A stretch of 64,000 nucleotides of DNA, from contig OZ320319.1 of assembly GCA_976226885.1 (NCBI GenBank), forward strand, positions 65,348,001 through 65,412,000, read 5' to 3'. This document shows positions 24,615 to 37,260 of the stretch, piece by piece. A program made the translations under genes and the position numbers. The DNA is from Iphione sp. A-MEVVRFRX5 (Eukaryota). Below the pieces are notes generated by a model that saw nothing but the letters and a program-made list of their open reading frames with translations, was not told the origin of the DNA and did not search any database. Each line of letters opens with the position of its first letter. The first letter of the stretch is position 1.

Positions 24615-25399
24615 TTAGGGCACATGATAATCAACCTGACAGTTTCGATTTTTGTGTATTGTGTTCGTGCATTTCGGTGTGTGTGCACAAGCATGCATTT
24701 CTGTGTTGTTCATTTTTAAACTGTTTTCATTAGTTTCAAGTGAAGATGCACGTAATCAGCTAAATCACCAGTAGTAGATGATAGATAAGGTTACGATCAG
24801 GAATTTTCGTCTCTTGCCTGTCTGTCACACATTTCTACACCTTCCCGCCAGCCCGCTAAAGACTTCTTTCATCAACAAATGGAAAATTTGACTGAAGATT
24901 AGGATAAGTTGTCTTTAGGCCATGAAAATATGGGGATTGTACTGGACGTTATGCTACAGATGGTTTTAATTAATAAAAACTGCACACCGGTTATACATGT
25001 ATTTTGGTTACACATAGCCACACACCTAAGCAAGTATGGGTCGCCCCTCCCAACGATGCAACACAAACGTCAGCACAATGCATAGACTCCACTAAAAATC
25101 ACATAAGAAGAAACCGAATACATGTATCGTAATAATTCAGGAACAAATGTGATATTAATAAATGCCTTTCTCCTGAAAATGTACTTACACACATGATTAA
25201 ATACACCAGTGAGTTCCTGGTAGTTAAAGCGCTATCTTGAATCTATCATCGTACCACATTTAGTGTGTATAATACGAACAAGATACTTGAAAGATAAATT
25301 TGCAGAACAAATTATTATATACTCCATTGTTTGGCTATGACAGGTTAAAAAGTGCATTAGATATATGCGTATAGTGTGTTTACTAAGAGATCTAAGGAA

Positions 25400-26236
25400 C
25401 AGAACGAGAAATTCTAGTGACAATAATAACTTTTGTGAAGATGATTAATTCTAACATTTTGTACGATATATTCCAGGATACCAAAAGCCACTAATATGAG
25501 TTTCATTTTCCTTACTTACGATCGCATCTCTTCTTCAATAATACACTATCCTAGACCTGCACTAGTAAATTATTTAATTGTTCAGGTGTACACCGACAAA
25601 TTCTAAATATCTGTTTTTATTATTCCTGATTAATATAGCCGCATTGTTTATCAGCAATCAAAGACAGCAATGCATGTTCGTTCACAGAGCGAAACGAAAT
25701 ACGGTTGTTTTAATAGTATTTTGTTATGTCAATGCTAAAGGATATCAGCTGTGAAAAAAATATAAGTAACTGACACATCAAGCTGACATTACCTATATCT
25801 CTCAGAACGAGAAATTCTTGTGACAATAATAACTTTTGTGAAGATGAAGATTAATTCTAACATTTTGTATGATATATTCCAGGATACCAAAAGCCACTAA
25901 TATGAGTTTCATTTTTCTTACTTAGGATCGCATCTCTTCTTCAATAATACACTATCCTAGACCTGCATTAGTAAATTATTTAATTGTTCAGGTGTATGCC
26001 CACAAATTCTAAATATCTGTATTTATTATTCCTGATTAATATAGCCACATTGTTTATCAGCAATCAAAGACAGCAATGCATGTTTGTTCACAGAGCGAAA
26101 CGAAATACAGTTGTTTTAATAGTATTCTCAACTTCCACTTGTCCACCGATTATATCACATGAAGAAGGGTTATGTCAATGCTAAAGGATATCAGCTGTGA
26201 AACTGACACATCAAGCTGAAGTTACCTATATCCCTC
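25400..26236. repeat. 403-bp tandem segmental duplication (2 copies)
   Basis: Copy 1 starts CAGAACGAGAAATTCT at 25400, copy 2 at 25803; near-identical with scattered substitutions and reciprocal indels. Confidence 0.95.
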
Positions 26237-29200
26237 ATAATTAATTTGTTCAGGCTACTAGTATATCCATTCCAGTCACTGTAATTGATTATGTTCTGCT
26301 TTCGGGTCGTCAATGGATCTCAGGAGATGTCATCTTGCATACATTAGCAGAGACAGAAAATTGCTATCATGCATGAATTATATCAACTGACTCTCACGAG
26401 AGATTTTACATACATTAGCAGAGCCCGACAATTACCATCGTGAAAGAATGATATCAACTTTCTGATCACTTTTGTGGCCAAAGCTCCAGCCAGTCGAGAC
26501 ATCACAGTCCCCTGATAAAAGGGGAGGCAAGCTGCAGGTTCGCTAGGCTTGAGACAGTCATTTGTCAATTACCACAGACTAAAAACTACTGAAAAGTATT
26601 TACATGTATCTAAGTCTTAAGCGAGTAGTCTGCCTACTTGTATACTCCATGTACATAAATGTATATATAAACTTATCGTTGCTATCTGCATAAACATCTA
26701 AAGATGGTGATCATGACCCTAAGCCACACACGGATATGTAATTTGAGGATTACTTAAAGTTTCTATCACACCAATGGCCTCTTTAGAAATATCCCTAGCT
26801 ATCATTTACTTTAATGTTAGACATTTTAGTTTGCCCACCAGCTTTGGTCCAGTGCAATTCCCATGCACCAGATTTGAAAACCATGCTCCCGTTGGCTGGT
26901 TACACATCAGGAAAAAAACCGCAATTATGGTGGAACCTGGTATGGAATCTATTTAAAAGACTATATCTGATACGACTTCAGGGTATTTTGATATCACCCC
27001 TTGAACTTTCTTTTCTCCAGCTAGAGACAATATTTGTCCAGCATGTGTTCTGTATTGCTGAGCCGAGATGTCATGATGCTTGGTCTCAAAGGCAACTCCA
27101 CCCAATTAAATAGTTTACCATGCTGGATTTTAGGCATACAGGATAACAACAGGAGTGGTTACATTCAATTTTGTAGCATGTAGCATGTAGCATGTGTGCG
27201 TGTAGTGTGTTTTCAAATTGGGAAATCCCAAACTGCCATGTTTTTCAGCCTTGCAATGGGTAATTTGGTTATCTGTTGGGTTGATACGTGATGAACCAAC
27301 TACACATGCACACACGAGAATGGTGACATGGCAAGACTTTTCACGATGCTTCACAGCTGCCAAACACGCTACACACATGTCTCGATAGGTATCAATAAAA
27401 TGATTAATTATGTGATGAGAAAGCAAAATTAAAATCACAAAGTTTCTTCAGTTGCCTTCATAATCTTCTTGTTTTAAGGTGGAAGTCCGTATGCCTGTAT
27501 TTATCGTCTTTTTAGAATGGGAGTTCTTTAATCTAGCCTCTCTGATTACGGGGCACTTTCATTAATAGAAAACCCTTTTACAAGACAATATCAGCCAATT
27601 TAATACGTTCCTTTTACTGACTGGGTGCGTTCTTCAATTACATTTTCACACCTGAAAAAAGACACTAGCTTCTCTTGTGGCTAACGTCAATGACAAAGTA
27701 CATTTGCAGTGTCTGAAAAAATTACCTTACAAGAAATCTTGCAAGGTAAGATAGAAACATTTTGAAGAGCCGAAATGATTAAACACGCAGCTTAGATTGG
27801 TAGCCCCCATGTCTTCAGGGAATTCATGCAGACAGAATACAAAGATGTACTGTCAGTGGAGATATCTTTACATCCCCGTGCGCAAATTAAGCACTTTCAT
27901 GCCAATCTCCCTTCATTTGCAATTCCTTCTTACAAGAAACAAGGTGGCAGACCAGTACTAAGCAACCGGCATGTGAAGTACCTTTACAACGTGCACCACA
28001 ATGTTCAAATACTATTCGCGATCACTGACCAGAATGAACAGTTGAAAAATGGGTGGTATTATAAAATGTGCAGTGTATGCCATGTACATCGTCATATGCC
28101 GAAAACACGTGACTTCTGCTCTAGAACGACAGATGATCTGTTGATTTTCCTCATCTGTTAATTTTCCTGAGTAGTTTTATTTTCAATAACTTTAATGTGA
28201 CTGACAACACAGATTTTCTATGCATAAAGTCTTTCAGTAAGGGCTACCTGTTCCAGTTAAACAAAATCTGTATCTCGCAAGAAGGATGCGATGGACGTAC
28301 ACTGCATCCCATGAAAAGACCTGATCCCCCACCTCTCGATGGCGGCAACGCTGTCTTTTCTAAGCACAGTTGACAGGTATATGAGCATTTGTTCTAGAGT
28401 GGCAACCGCCAGGGAATACCAAAGTCGCACATTTGAAGCCACTGTGATGTCATTTCTCTGGAAACCGTATTGATAACAGTGAGAGCGCGGAGAGACAAAC
28501 AGATAGACAGACAGACAGACTGACTGACCGATCCACCAACAGGCAGACACACATGCAGGAGGGGTGAGAAGAGGGAAAGCGAAATATAAACCAGTCCCGT
28601 TTAGTTTTATGCACCACACCCTAACCATGTGAGAGTGTGTCTGTGGAAAGTCAACAGGTAACACATATTTAAGCCAAGATGAACTTGAAAGATACCAGAA
28701 ACACAACAAACGCTTTACACATGGAACAAGTCAGTTACTTGTATCGCCCGGAGATTTAATAGATGGGCCCAATTCAAGTCTGTCGAAGCAGAATTGAATC
28801 CAAACCTATTTAGAAATCAGGAGAGAGAAATTCAAAAACCAAAACCAATCCGGAGTTTACAGTAAATGACGGAGGTGGTCATTTCCTGGACGCACGCAGT
28901 GCCTTCTCGCTGCTAGAGGTCTCTCGCTGACGGAATTCCTGCCCCCATGCAGCGCATGGTGACCCCCTATAGTGTATGTTGTCCAGACAACTGACCAAGC
29001 AACAAGGAAACACTTCCAAATGTAGTTTTTCATTAATCCCCCGCCCTGAAGGTTTGCGAGGGCAGTCGAAGAAACAGGCCGTTTCCAACTTTGTGCACCT
29101 CAGTCACCTTCCAATCATCAGACAAGCATGAGCGATAACCCACTGTTGACAGGCGCGCTTCAGCGGATACGAGACGCCCCGTTAAGGGTCGTCAGGATCG

Positions 29201-31701
29201 GTACGACGAGGGGTTGGCGGGAACGTAACCGTTTCCCGGTGTTGTCATCTGCCAGGAGTCACGGTGATAAATCAATGGTTTTTATTTCCTGGCAACCCCG
29301 GAGGCGCTGCGTTTATTAGTATAGACTGACACAGTCTGTGCTTCCGGAATAACAGCTGAGCAATCTTGAATGAAACAAGGGGAACTAAGTGCCCGATAAT
29401 AAATCACCAAGCGTTGCTTTTAATCCGCATTAGAAAACACGTAGGAATCTCGACGGGAATTCTGCAGGGATGCCTGGCAGTCATATGGCCAACTGCCGAG
29501 ATATAGACGGTCAAATGTTGAATCACCTGTTAAGTATTCATGCAGTCCTACCAAGTACCACTGGGAATTGAAACAGAAGTTGCTTAAAACTTCATACCAG
29601 ACTTATTGATCTTTTGGTTGTTTTCTTCTCACGAAATGCTGCGGAAAAGGAGATACGGGTTATGAAGATGATGGGATCTAATAATAGATTTAGTATTCAA
29701 GTTAAATAAGAGCTATCCAATTGGTTTCGTGGGGATTACTTGATTAATATCCTATAGAATTCCATCTAGTCTTACACCAATGGAGCATTGTGCTGAAACG
29801 AATGACTAGAAAGCCTTTATTAAAAACAACCAAGATTAAGAGCGTGATCGGAAGACAGTACTTAATGCTCACATCGGACGTAGCCTTTTAAACAGCATAT
29901 TAAAGAAGAATAGTACAGTACATTGCAAGAGGCTAACAAGCTTTTAGTGTCATGATTGTATTACAAAATGAAACTAAAGGACATGTGAATATTAAAGAAT
30001 CTTTATTGTTACGTGGTGGCTTCAATCAAGAGGGCAAAATCAAAATACCACTCGTGATTATAGTAGACTTGTCTTTATTTTGTGCCTACTGCAAATCGCA
30101 ATCATTTTAATCTCCTTTGAAGAAACATTCCCGTTAATATTACAGTGAAAGGTCACGTTACGAACGAGCTGCATGTGGACATGATCGATTCAAGGACATT
30201 TTTCAAAAGTACCGGATGTGAACTTTTATAGTAACATTTCATCATAACGTAGACATGACCACCTTCAGGACACTTTTAATTAAGAACCAAGGACTGTCCA
30301 AATCGTGGTATTCTACTGTAAACTGAAGCATTATCTTAACACGTTATTTAAAAAAAAATAAATAAAATAGATCGATCATGTAGGATTTGGAACGCACCAT
30401 ATTTTAGGATCTCGCACGCATCACAGTCTAGGTGCTTATATGAAGATTTAGTCTGTGGATCGTGAATTTCCTCTGGTAGACTTAAGATGATTTTTTTTAC
30501 CTCGGAGGACGGTATTGGAAAGATGGAAATGAAAACATGCTTCATGTAAACAGAGAAGAAAGCTGCTGTTCAAATCAGCATGGACGTGACGCCATAACAA
30601 GTAGGTTGGACTAGCATGGGGGCTGCCTGGTTATGAACTGATCATTTTGCACTGTGTTTGAACCAACTAATGCAACATTTAACTTCGGTAGCGGTTACCG
30701 AAACCTGAGGATTTCCTCCACACGAGTGGATACTGCTCCGTGGGGGAAAACTGGTCTCAAAATCGTGAATCATTGAGGACCAACTATTGAGTTGCGGGTC
30801 ACAATTAGGGAACGTAACAACCAGAAACCAAATTACATCCGTTGTTGGAAACACAATTCACGAATATATTAAAGGTGGAGTGGCCGTGTTTGAATAGTTG
30901 CTGCAGCTTTCCCCTTCATATTTGCTTTGAGTTGGACACACCGGGGAAATGAATTAAGTCGATTTTTAGGTTGCGCTTCAGAAAGACACGCCCTGGGAGT
31001 GAACAAACAATGGTTTGGCGTAGTATTCCTTAGCCGCGATTAGATGCAACATGGATGTAGAAGTCAAATTCCGGGAGGACGTGCATATACGGAAAGCACT
31101 TACCTTCACACGCACACTCACAAGAGAGTCATTTGCAAAACGGTCGATACACAAATTCCGCTTCAAAACGTCCCCTTGAGACCAATTTCTAGCCAGGACC
31201 TTCAGGAAGGAGTGAGCCCCAAAGAAAACAGTGTATTACTTTCTTCAAAGAGGATTTTCCGCTCGCCAAATCATCGCTCGCACGGCGAATTTCAATATTC
31301 TTTGTCGGGGCGGGTGGGGAGAATGGAGCGAGGTGACAGAGTAGGAATTTACATCAGCCTCCACTGGAAGCGGCTTTTCTCGCCGTGTAAAGGCCAGTCA
31401 TTTCGGGATCTCCCGCAACGAACGACGACCACGACGACTTGTGGACCTTATTAAAGTTGTCGGCAAGATAAAAAAAAAAAAAGAAGCTCGGCGGAGGCGG
31501 GCCTCTGTAGCTTCGGACACGTACGTGAAAATCAAGGGGAACGGACAGTTCAGTACAGGGCGAGAAAAATGGACTCGTTGTTCTTTTACACACCGGTGCA
31601 TAGCGTGATTAGTTGAGCCCAGCGTGGATCATGCGCTCTGGTAGACAGGGGGCCCCAACGATGCCGAGCGCATCCGCAGCTGGCTGTGACGTCACCAGAC
31701 A

Positions 31702-32650
31702 ATGGATGCAGTCGCGTATTTGTCTGGCGCCGGCCGGTGCGTGTACATACGCCGGCTTGGAGACGATCTAGAGCCAGATGTGGCGCACACGACTATCTAT
31801 GTCCGGCCAGGCGAGTGTGCCAAGCCTCTCTACCCCGCTCTCTGTTAGAGGTCGTGCCCGCAACAATACCGAGATGGGGTCCCCCTGGCCGCCATTCGGG
31901 CGGTTCAGGGCTTTTGAAGGATGTACACTGACATGGGCGACATTTTGAAGGGTCTTTCTCCTCACGCTGCACGCCTGGCCGGACGGATAGATGAATTGGT
32001 TGGAGGCCTGGATGGTGTGCATTCCTCGATGTGCTTTGTTCCACCCAACACTTCGCTGTTTGAGCTTATCGAACAGACAACCACCAATGCCATTAACACA
32101 CAGACGAATCCATCGCTTTGAGAACCTCCTTCAACATTCCCGAGTATTCTAAGTATTCTCGAGCATTTTTTTACCTCACACTCAATGGTGGTGAGCAACT
32201 CATGTTCTGGAATGGCCAATATCGTTTCTCGCACGTGAAAAATGACATTAGTTTCCTCCTTCCTGTGTTTTTATACAAAGAGACTGCAGACAGCGTAAAT
32301 TTGGGTGCAGAAAATAAAGTTAAAGAGAACGAGACAAGCAAAGACCTAGCTGTGCCAATGTGAGCAGTCTGATGAAGGCAATTCAAGAGGCAGTTTACGA
32401 GTAGCCACAAGTTATGGGTAGCCATTGAGTGTAGCAATGTACTCTCAAATGGACGGCGACTTGCTGGGGTTGGCTGCGACTCTGGGACTGTGCCATCAGT
32501 CAGAGTTACCCAAAGGAAACACACGGAACCTATCACCAGGCTCCCCCGCCCTTGCTGCGAGGCGGCACAAGCTGAGGAAAAACGGCGTGTAATGCTCTCA
32601 GTTGGTAATTTCATCAGAAGTGGGGTTTTCTTGTTGGCTAAAGAAGGGTG
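31702..32650 (+). pseudogene. Decayed coding island of unknown identity
   Basis: One frame runs 31702-32121 with two internal stops (MDAVAYLSGAGRC...MYTDMGDILKGLSPHAARLAGRIDELVGGLDG...); a second frame from 32118 continues to about 32650 with three clustered stops. Confidence 0.35.
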
Positions 32651-35600
32651 AAAAAAGGAAACGAAACTCCAAACCTGGCGTTAGGTTGTTTCATGGTGTG
32701 GAGAGCTGGCCCATGCGCAGTAAACATGGAATATGAACAGGTGCTGATGAACGATTCAATAAGCTACCAAGAAGAGCCAGCTCTTTGCTGGTGACAGGAA
32801 CACAGAACTAGTAGCAGATCTAGCCGTGTGCAAACAACTACGCAGGCACTTTCTCCCACTTCGTAAAGTGACATCACCAGAATATACAGCAGAGGAGTGA
32901 AAACTCTAATCATGAACATAATAACAGCTGACGAGGAGGAACGACATACTGAAGGAAAAATTGTCAAAGTACTTAGCGCCAAATGCATCGCTGATATTGA
33001 TGTTATATATATAAATGATAAAAATAGTTTCTTATATACTCAGGACAAATATGTCCTCTCAAATTGTATTCAGCTTAACCCTGACTCGATGCAACCGGTG
33101 CTGCACTTTTTTCACACAGTTTTCTGCAGTTTAATGCGATCAACGATATTGAATATTAATATTTCCTAAATACAATAAAAATCTTGTTATAATCAGACAA
33201 TTATAATACATGTATAAAGTCAGTGAATAGCATATGAGCAAATGACATTCATAATGGCAAATATGACTACCTTAAATATGGCTAAACATTACACTGGAAG
33301 GTGAGGCTTACATTCGAGGCAATTGACCAATCGACAAATAACGTCATTTTGCTGTAAAATGACGTTGTTTACATGTGTGGTAAAAACGTCATTTTTACCT
33401 TGAATCCGTGGTAAAACTTTACAGGGCTGTCACTTCCCTAAAAACTAAGCTAGCTATAACTTATCTTTTTCCGCAGATCTTTAGCTTTCATTTGGTAAAA
33501 AAATTATTAAAATCACAGCAATAGTACTTGGTGTTTATGGCTTGGAAAGAAACCTCCTATCTTCATTCTTTACCACCAGCATCTGGCAGCTGTCGTAGAC
33601 TGCTATGTAGCTGTCGTAGCCTTGCTACCAGTAGCACCAACTGTTTTACTTAATTTTGCGTCGTCATTACCTAAAAAGGTGATTGGACCATTACTACAAA
33701 TATAAAGAGGATCAAGCATGTACTCAAGCGAACGTGAAGGCGAACGTTAATGTGTGGTGTGAAAATTTTTCCCACCAGCCATAAATCCTTTTTATTTACA
33801 CTGACTAAATAGGAAAATTACTAAGTGCATCGTGACAAGAAGAGAAAAAGACAAATGCTTGGTAGTGTCATATTGACATGGTCGCTTCGTCCTCCATGCC
33901 ATTACATTGTGCACATCCGTAGCATGATGCGACTTTCCATTTATATCCAGATGAATGTATAATTAGGTTGAACAAGTACGCTCTAACACTCATCTTTTCC
34001 TAAACTCCTGAGCCGTACACAAGGCAGTCCCTCTTCTATCGCTCTCCTTAATTTTAGCTGTCTTTATGCTTCCCGTTCCATTCTGTCGTCTCTGCATCAT
34101 TGTTGTTGCTGGTTATGTACGGGCAACTGCATACTGAATGATGTCTTCTCCCTGGAGACTCACGTTATGAATAAGTGAACAGTCCCACGAACATTTTCAG
34201 CCCTTGCTTTCTTCGAAACGACGTTTTTTTCATGTCTATTTCAGAACTGGAGTCTCCCCCAGTCAAGCCTGCGTCTACCATTTTCTAACGTTGTGTTAGA
34301 CTAATCCCTCAAAACTCTCCTCCTTACGTGTCGGCAGCACTGATTTCTTTTTCTGATATGTCCATGCTACAGACATCTCGCTATTCATCCCTGTACCTTG
34401 TAATTCTACAACATCTCTGATCTTCAATTCCTTTTATTCATGCTTTGCCCGTGGTTTAGAGCCAGCGTGGACACCTCCCACACCCTCCTCCCTCCACATA
34501 TATACCACCATATTTATAACTCGGTATGTCTCAGTAGTCTGAGCCCAAACAAATCCACCGAGGGAATCCATGCCTGAGTGGCCCGGAAGCCGTCAGGCAC
34601 CTAATGCTATGTAACAGGGCGCAGGCGGAAGTTGCCCACCGGAATACCGCCCGACGAGCGCCGTGTGGTCGACATTGGCCTGGGCGGCCCGGCCGGTCGT
34701 GTGGACATTTGAAGGTCAGCGTCCGCGACGGTCGCAGTCTGATTAGACGCGTCATCAAGGCTGCTCGCCACTGGGCCTGCCTGCTGCCAGCTGTGTCGTG
34801 ATGGACCTCCCGGGCGTGAGCAGGGCTGGTCTGTTGCTGGGTAAAGGTGTTGGGGAGGGGGGAGGGGTGGGGGTGGATGGGGGGGACAGATGGTGACCCT
34901 AAAAGGCATTGAGGAAATAGAAAATCATACCACAGGTATGCATAAGTCCGTCTGTCTACAAGCTGATGTGCGTATATGTGACTATATTCTTGGGGTTAGA
35001 TTTCAAGAAAAAGGAAAAGAATGACCGTAAAGGACGGTATTGTGGTATTGTTAGCTTAGAGGACCATAGGGGACGCTGGAGACAAGGGATTGGAAAGAAG
35101 GACGGGTTGATCAAATGCTGGGCAGTGAAATGTTAAATCGGGAACATCTGTTTCTGCTGAGGTCCCACACCAGTGAACAACCGTGCTTGAATGATGTACA
35201 CATGGTAGCACAAATACAGTTCCGGCCCCATCTCAATCGTCATGTGGCGAACTGTATCGATCGTCTCTTTCCATGTAGAAATCAATTCTGACAGTGCGGA
35301 AGGGTTAATCGGTATAGGCACTGCAAATGCTCAGTGGAACACCGAATGTTATAAACTATAACAGACCATAAGCTTACTTATGTGAGCATTCTAAACAAAT
35401 GTATGAAGCTACTATTGTGAAGTACAAAAAAGTTACATTTCTGTTCCCCAAAAGAGCCCTTTCAGGCAATGTCTTTCTCAGCGAGGCCCCAATTAGATGC
35501 GGAGATACAGCTGCTTTGTACCACGGATACAATCTGCATGTTTAACATCCCTTGTGATTATCAACCAATTTATGATCAGCCATCACTAAATTCCTGGACT

Positions 35601-36890
35601 TACATTGCTGCCGACTCAAAGTCTGGAATAGGTCAATGGCGTCTTCAAACTAATCCCCTCAGATATAACATTACTCATCTGAACCATACTGTGTTTGTAC
35701 GAAAACGAAGGTTCCTACAAAGTACCGAATGTATTATTTCAAGCTCGATGTGTCTCTGATCTATGACTTGCACCTTTAAGTTCCCTTCCATTTAAAAGTC
35801 AATAAACAGCAGCGAATTCAGTCCAGCTACTGTGTTCAGTAAACAGGTGCGTGGCAAGCAAAGAAAATCAATTGGACCACCTCAAATATTCCAAGGTAAC
35901 CCTAGAATGCAATTTTACACATACATGTACATGTAAACATGTTTGGGACATCATATCTGTACATTATATGTACGCATATGTGGATGGACATGCATTTACT
36001 TTTCCGCTTTAATGATGATGTCTAATATCATATACGTACACACATGTGCGTAAGAAATGCAGGGGAAATATGCTTGAGATTTTCCTTCCAATAGTTGTTC
36101 ATGTACGCGCGAAAATTCATTCTGATGGTGAAAGTTTTGAACAACTAATTCGACGATGTGAAATTCCTTATAATACACAGACATAAATCCGAATCCATAG
36201 GTACAAGAGGAATTATACAATTAGCAATCTGTCTTCACAAATGCGTGGAGAGCGTCCTTCCAGGACGTATCATCACAGGCCGGGTCAAGCCGTTTCCGGG
36301 GCTACTTTGAAGCGCCCAGATGGTCGAACCACATAAAGAGACTAAGACAGACCAGCAACCTTTTGGTTCAAAGCCATCAGCTCATCGTGTTTGACTAAGC
36401 AGGTCAGGCTGGGGCATCTGACCCCATTTACCTTTCCCTTTCTGACCGGCGCGGGTATTCCCTCATCATTACTCGGGCTGTCGTTGTCGAGCAGCTCACA
36501 ACCCGAGCGACTCGCCCGGGGACCTCTGATCACACCTGTCAGCTTCACGCTTCTAGAGCACCTGACACTCGCAGCACCCACCACATACAAACCAGCGGGC
36601 CAGTCGGCCTTGCCAATCTGCTCTCCTTTGTCAGGCTGCTCCTTATCAGTCCATATTTACAGTACTGGACGGCCATGGCCTGTGGACCGCGGCTCACTTG
36701 GCTATATAGACTGCTCAACAGGGGAATCCTTTGACCGATACAAGAGGATAACGTAAATTTTAAAAAAAGGTGTATAGACAGCTTGTGTCGTCTACAACGG
36801 AGCGGGAATATACAATATGCATTTATACTCCATTTGCAGTCTGTTGAATAATAACAATGGTCGTTAGTTTTTTTTTATTACTCAGAATGT

Positions 36891-37260
36891 TTGACATCCC
36901 ACGATGGTCGGGCTGCATGTGTGCTTTGTTCTGCGGTAATCATGATTTCTCATCCCTCAAAGGCAAAATCAAAATGGAAAGAGGAGAATGGAAACATCGA
37001 GACGCACTATAACTCAACATCAAAGAAAATCCATGACTGCAGAGCTAAGCATAAATCGAGCTTAATATTCACGAAATAAGTTCCGAGTGCACCGTAGGCG
37101 CAATAGACTTTTTGGACATGCAGAAAAGAAGTCGTAAAGAACCTGAAGTAGTGGTGATAATCAAATTTACACTCTCATTTGACACCATCGTGGAAGGGGA
37201 GACGCACAACAACAATTCGTTTTGCTCGATGAGAATAAACAGCCCTATATTAGGACGAGC
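36891..37260 (+). pseudogene. Possible hAT (SPIN/GTF2IRD2-like) transposase N-terminal remnant
   Basis: GRAACVLCSAVI...NIETHYN..KIH resembles the BED-type CxxC...N..HY..H finger; downstream is decayed. Confidence 0.25.

Noticed and set aside
31044-31454. TNF-like C-terminus (ERGDRVGIYIS...GQS/FGI)
   Set aside because: Other frames equally suggest FN3/TSP1 (GWGEWS) or a Tc1 HTH. Mutually exclusive weak motifs indicate pattern over-reading.
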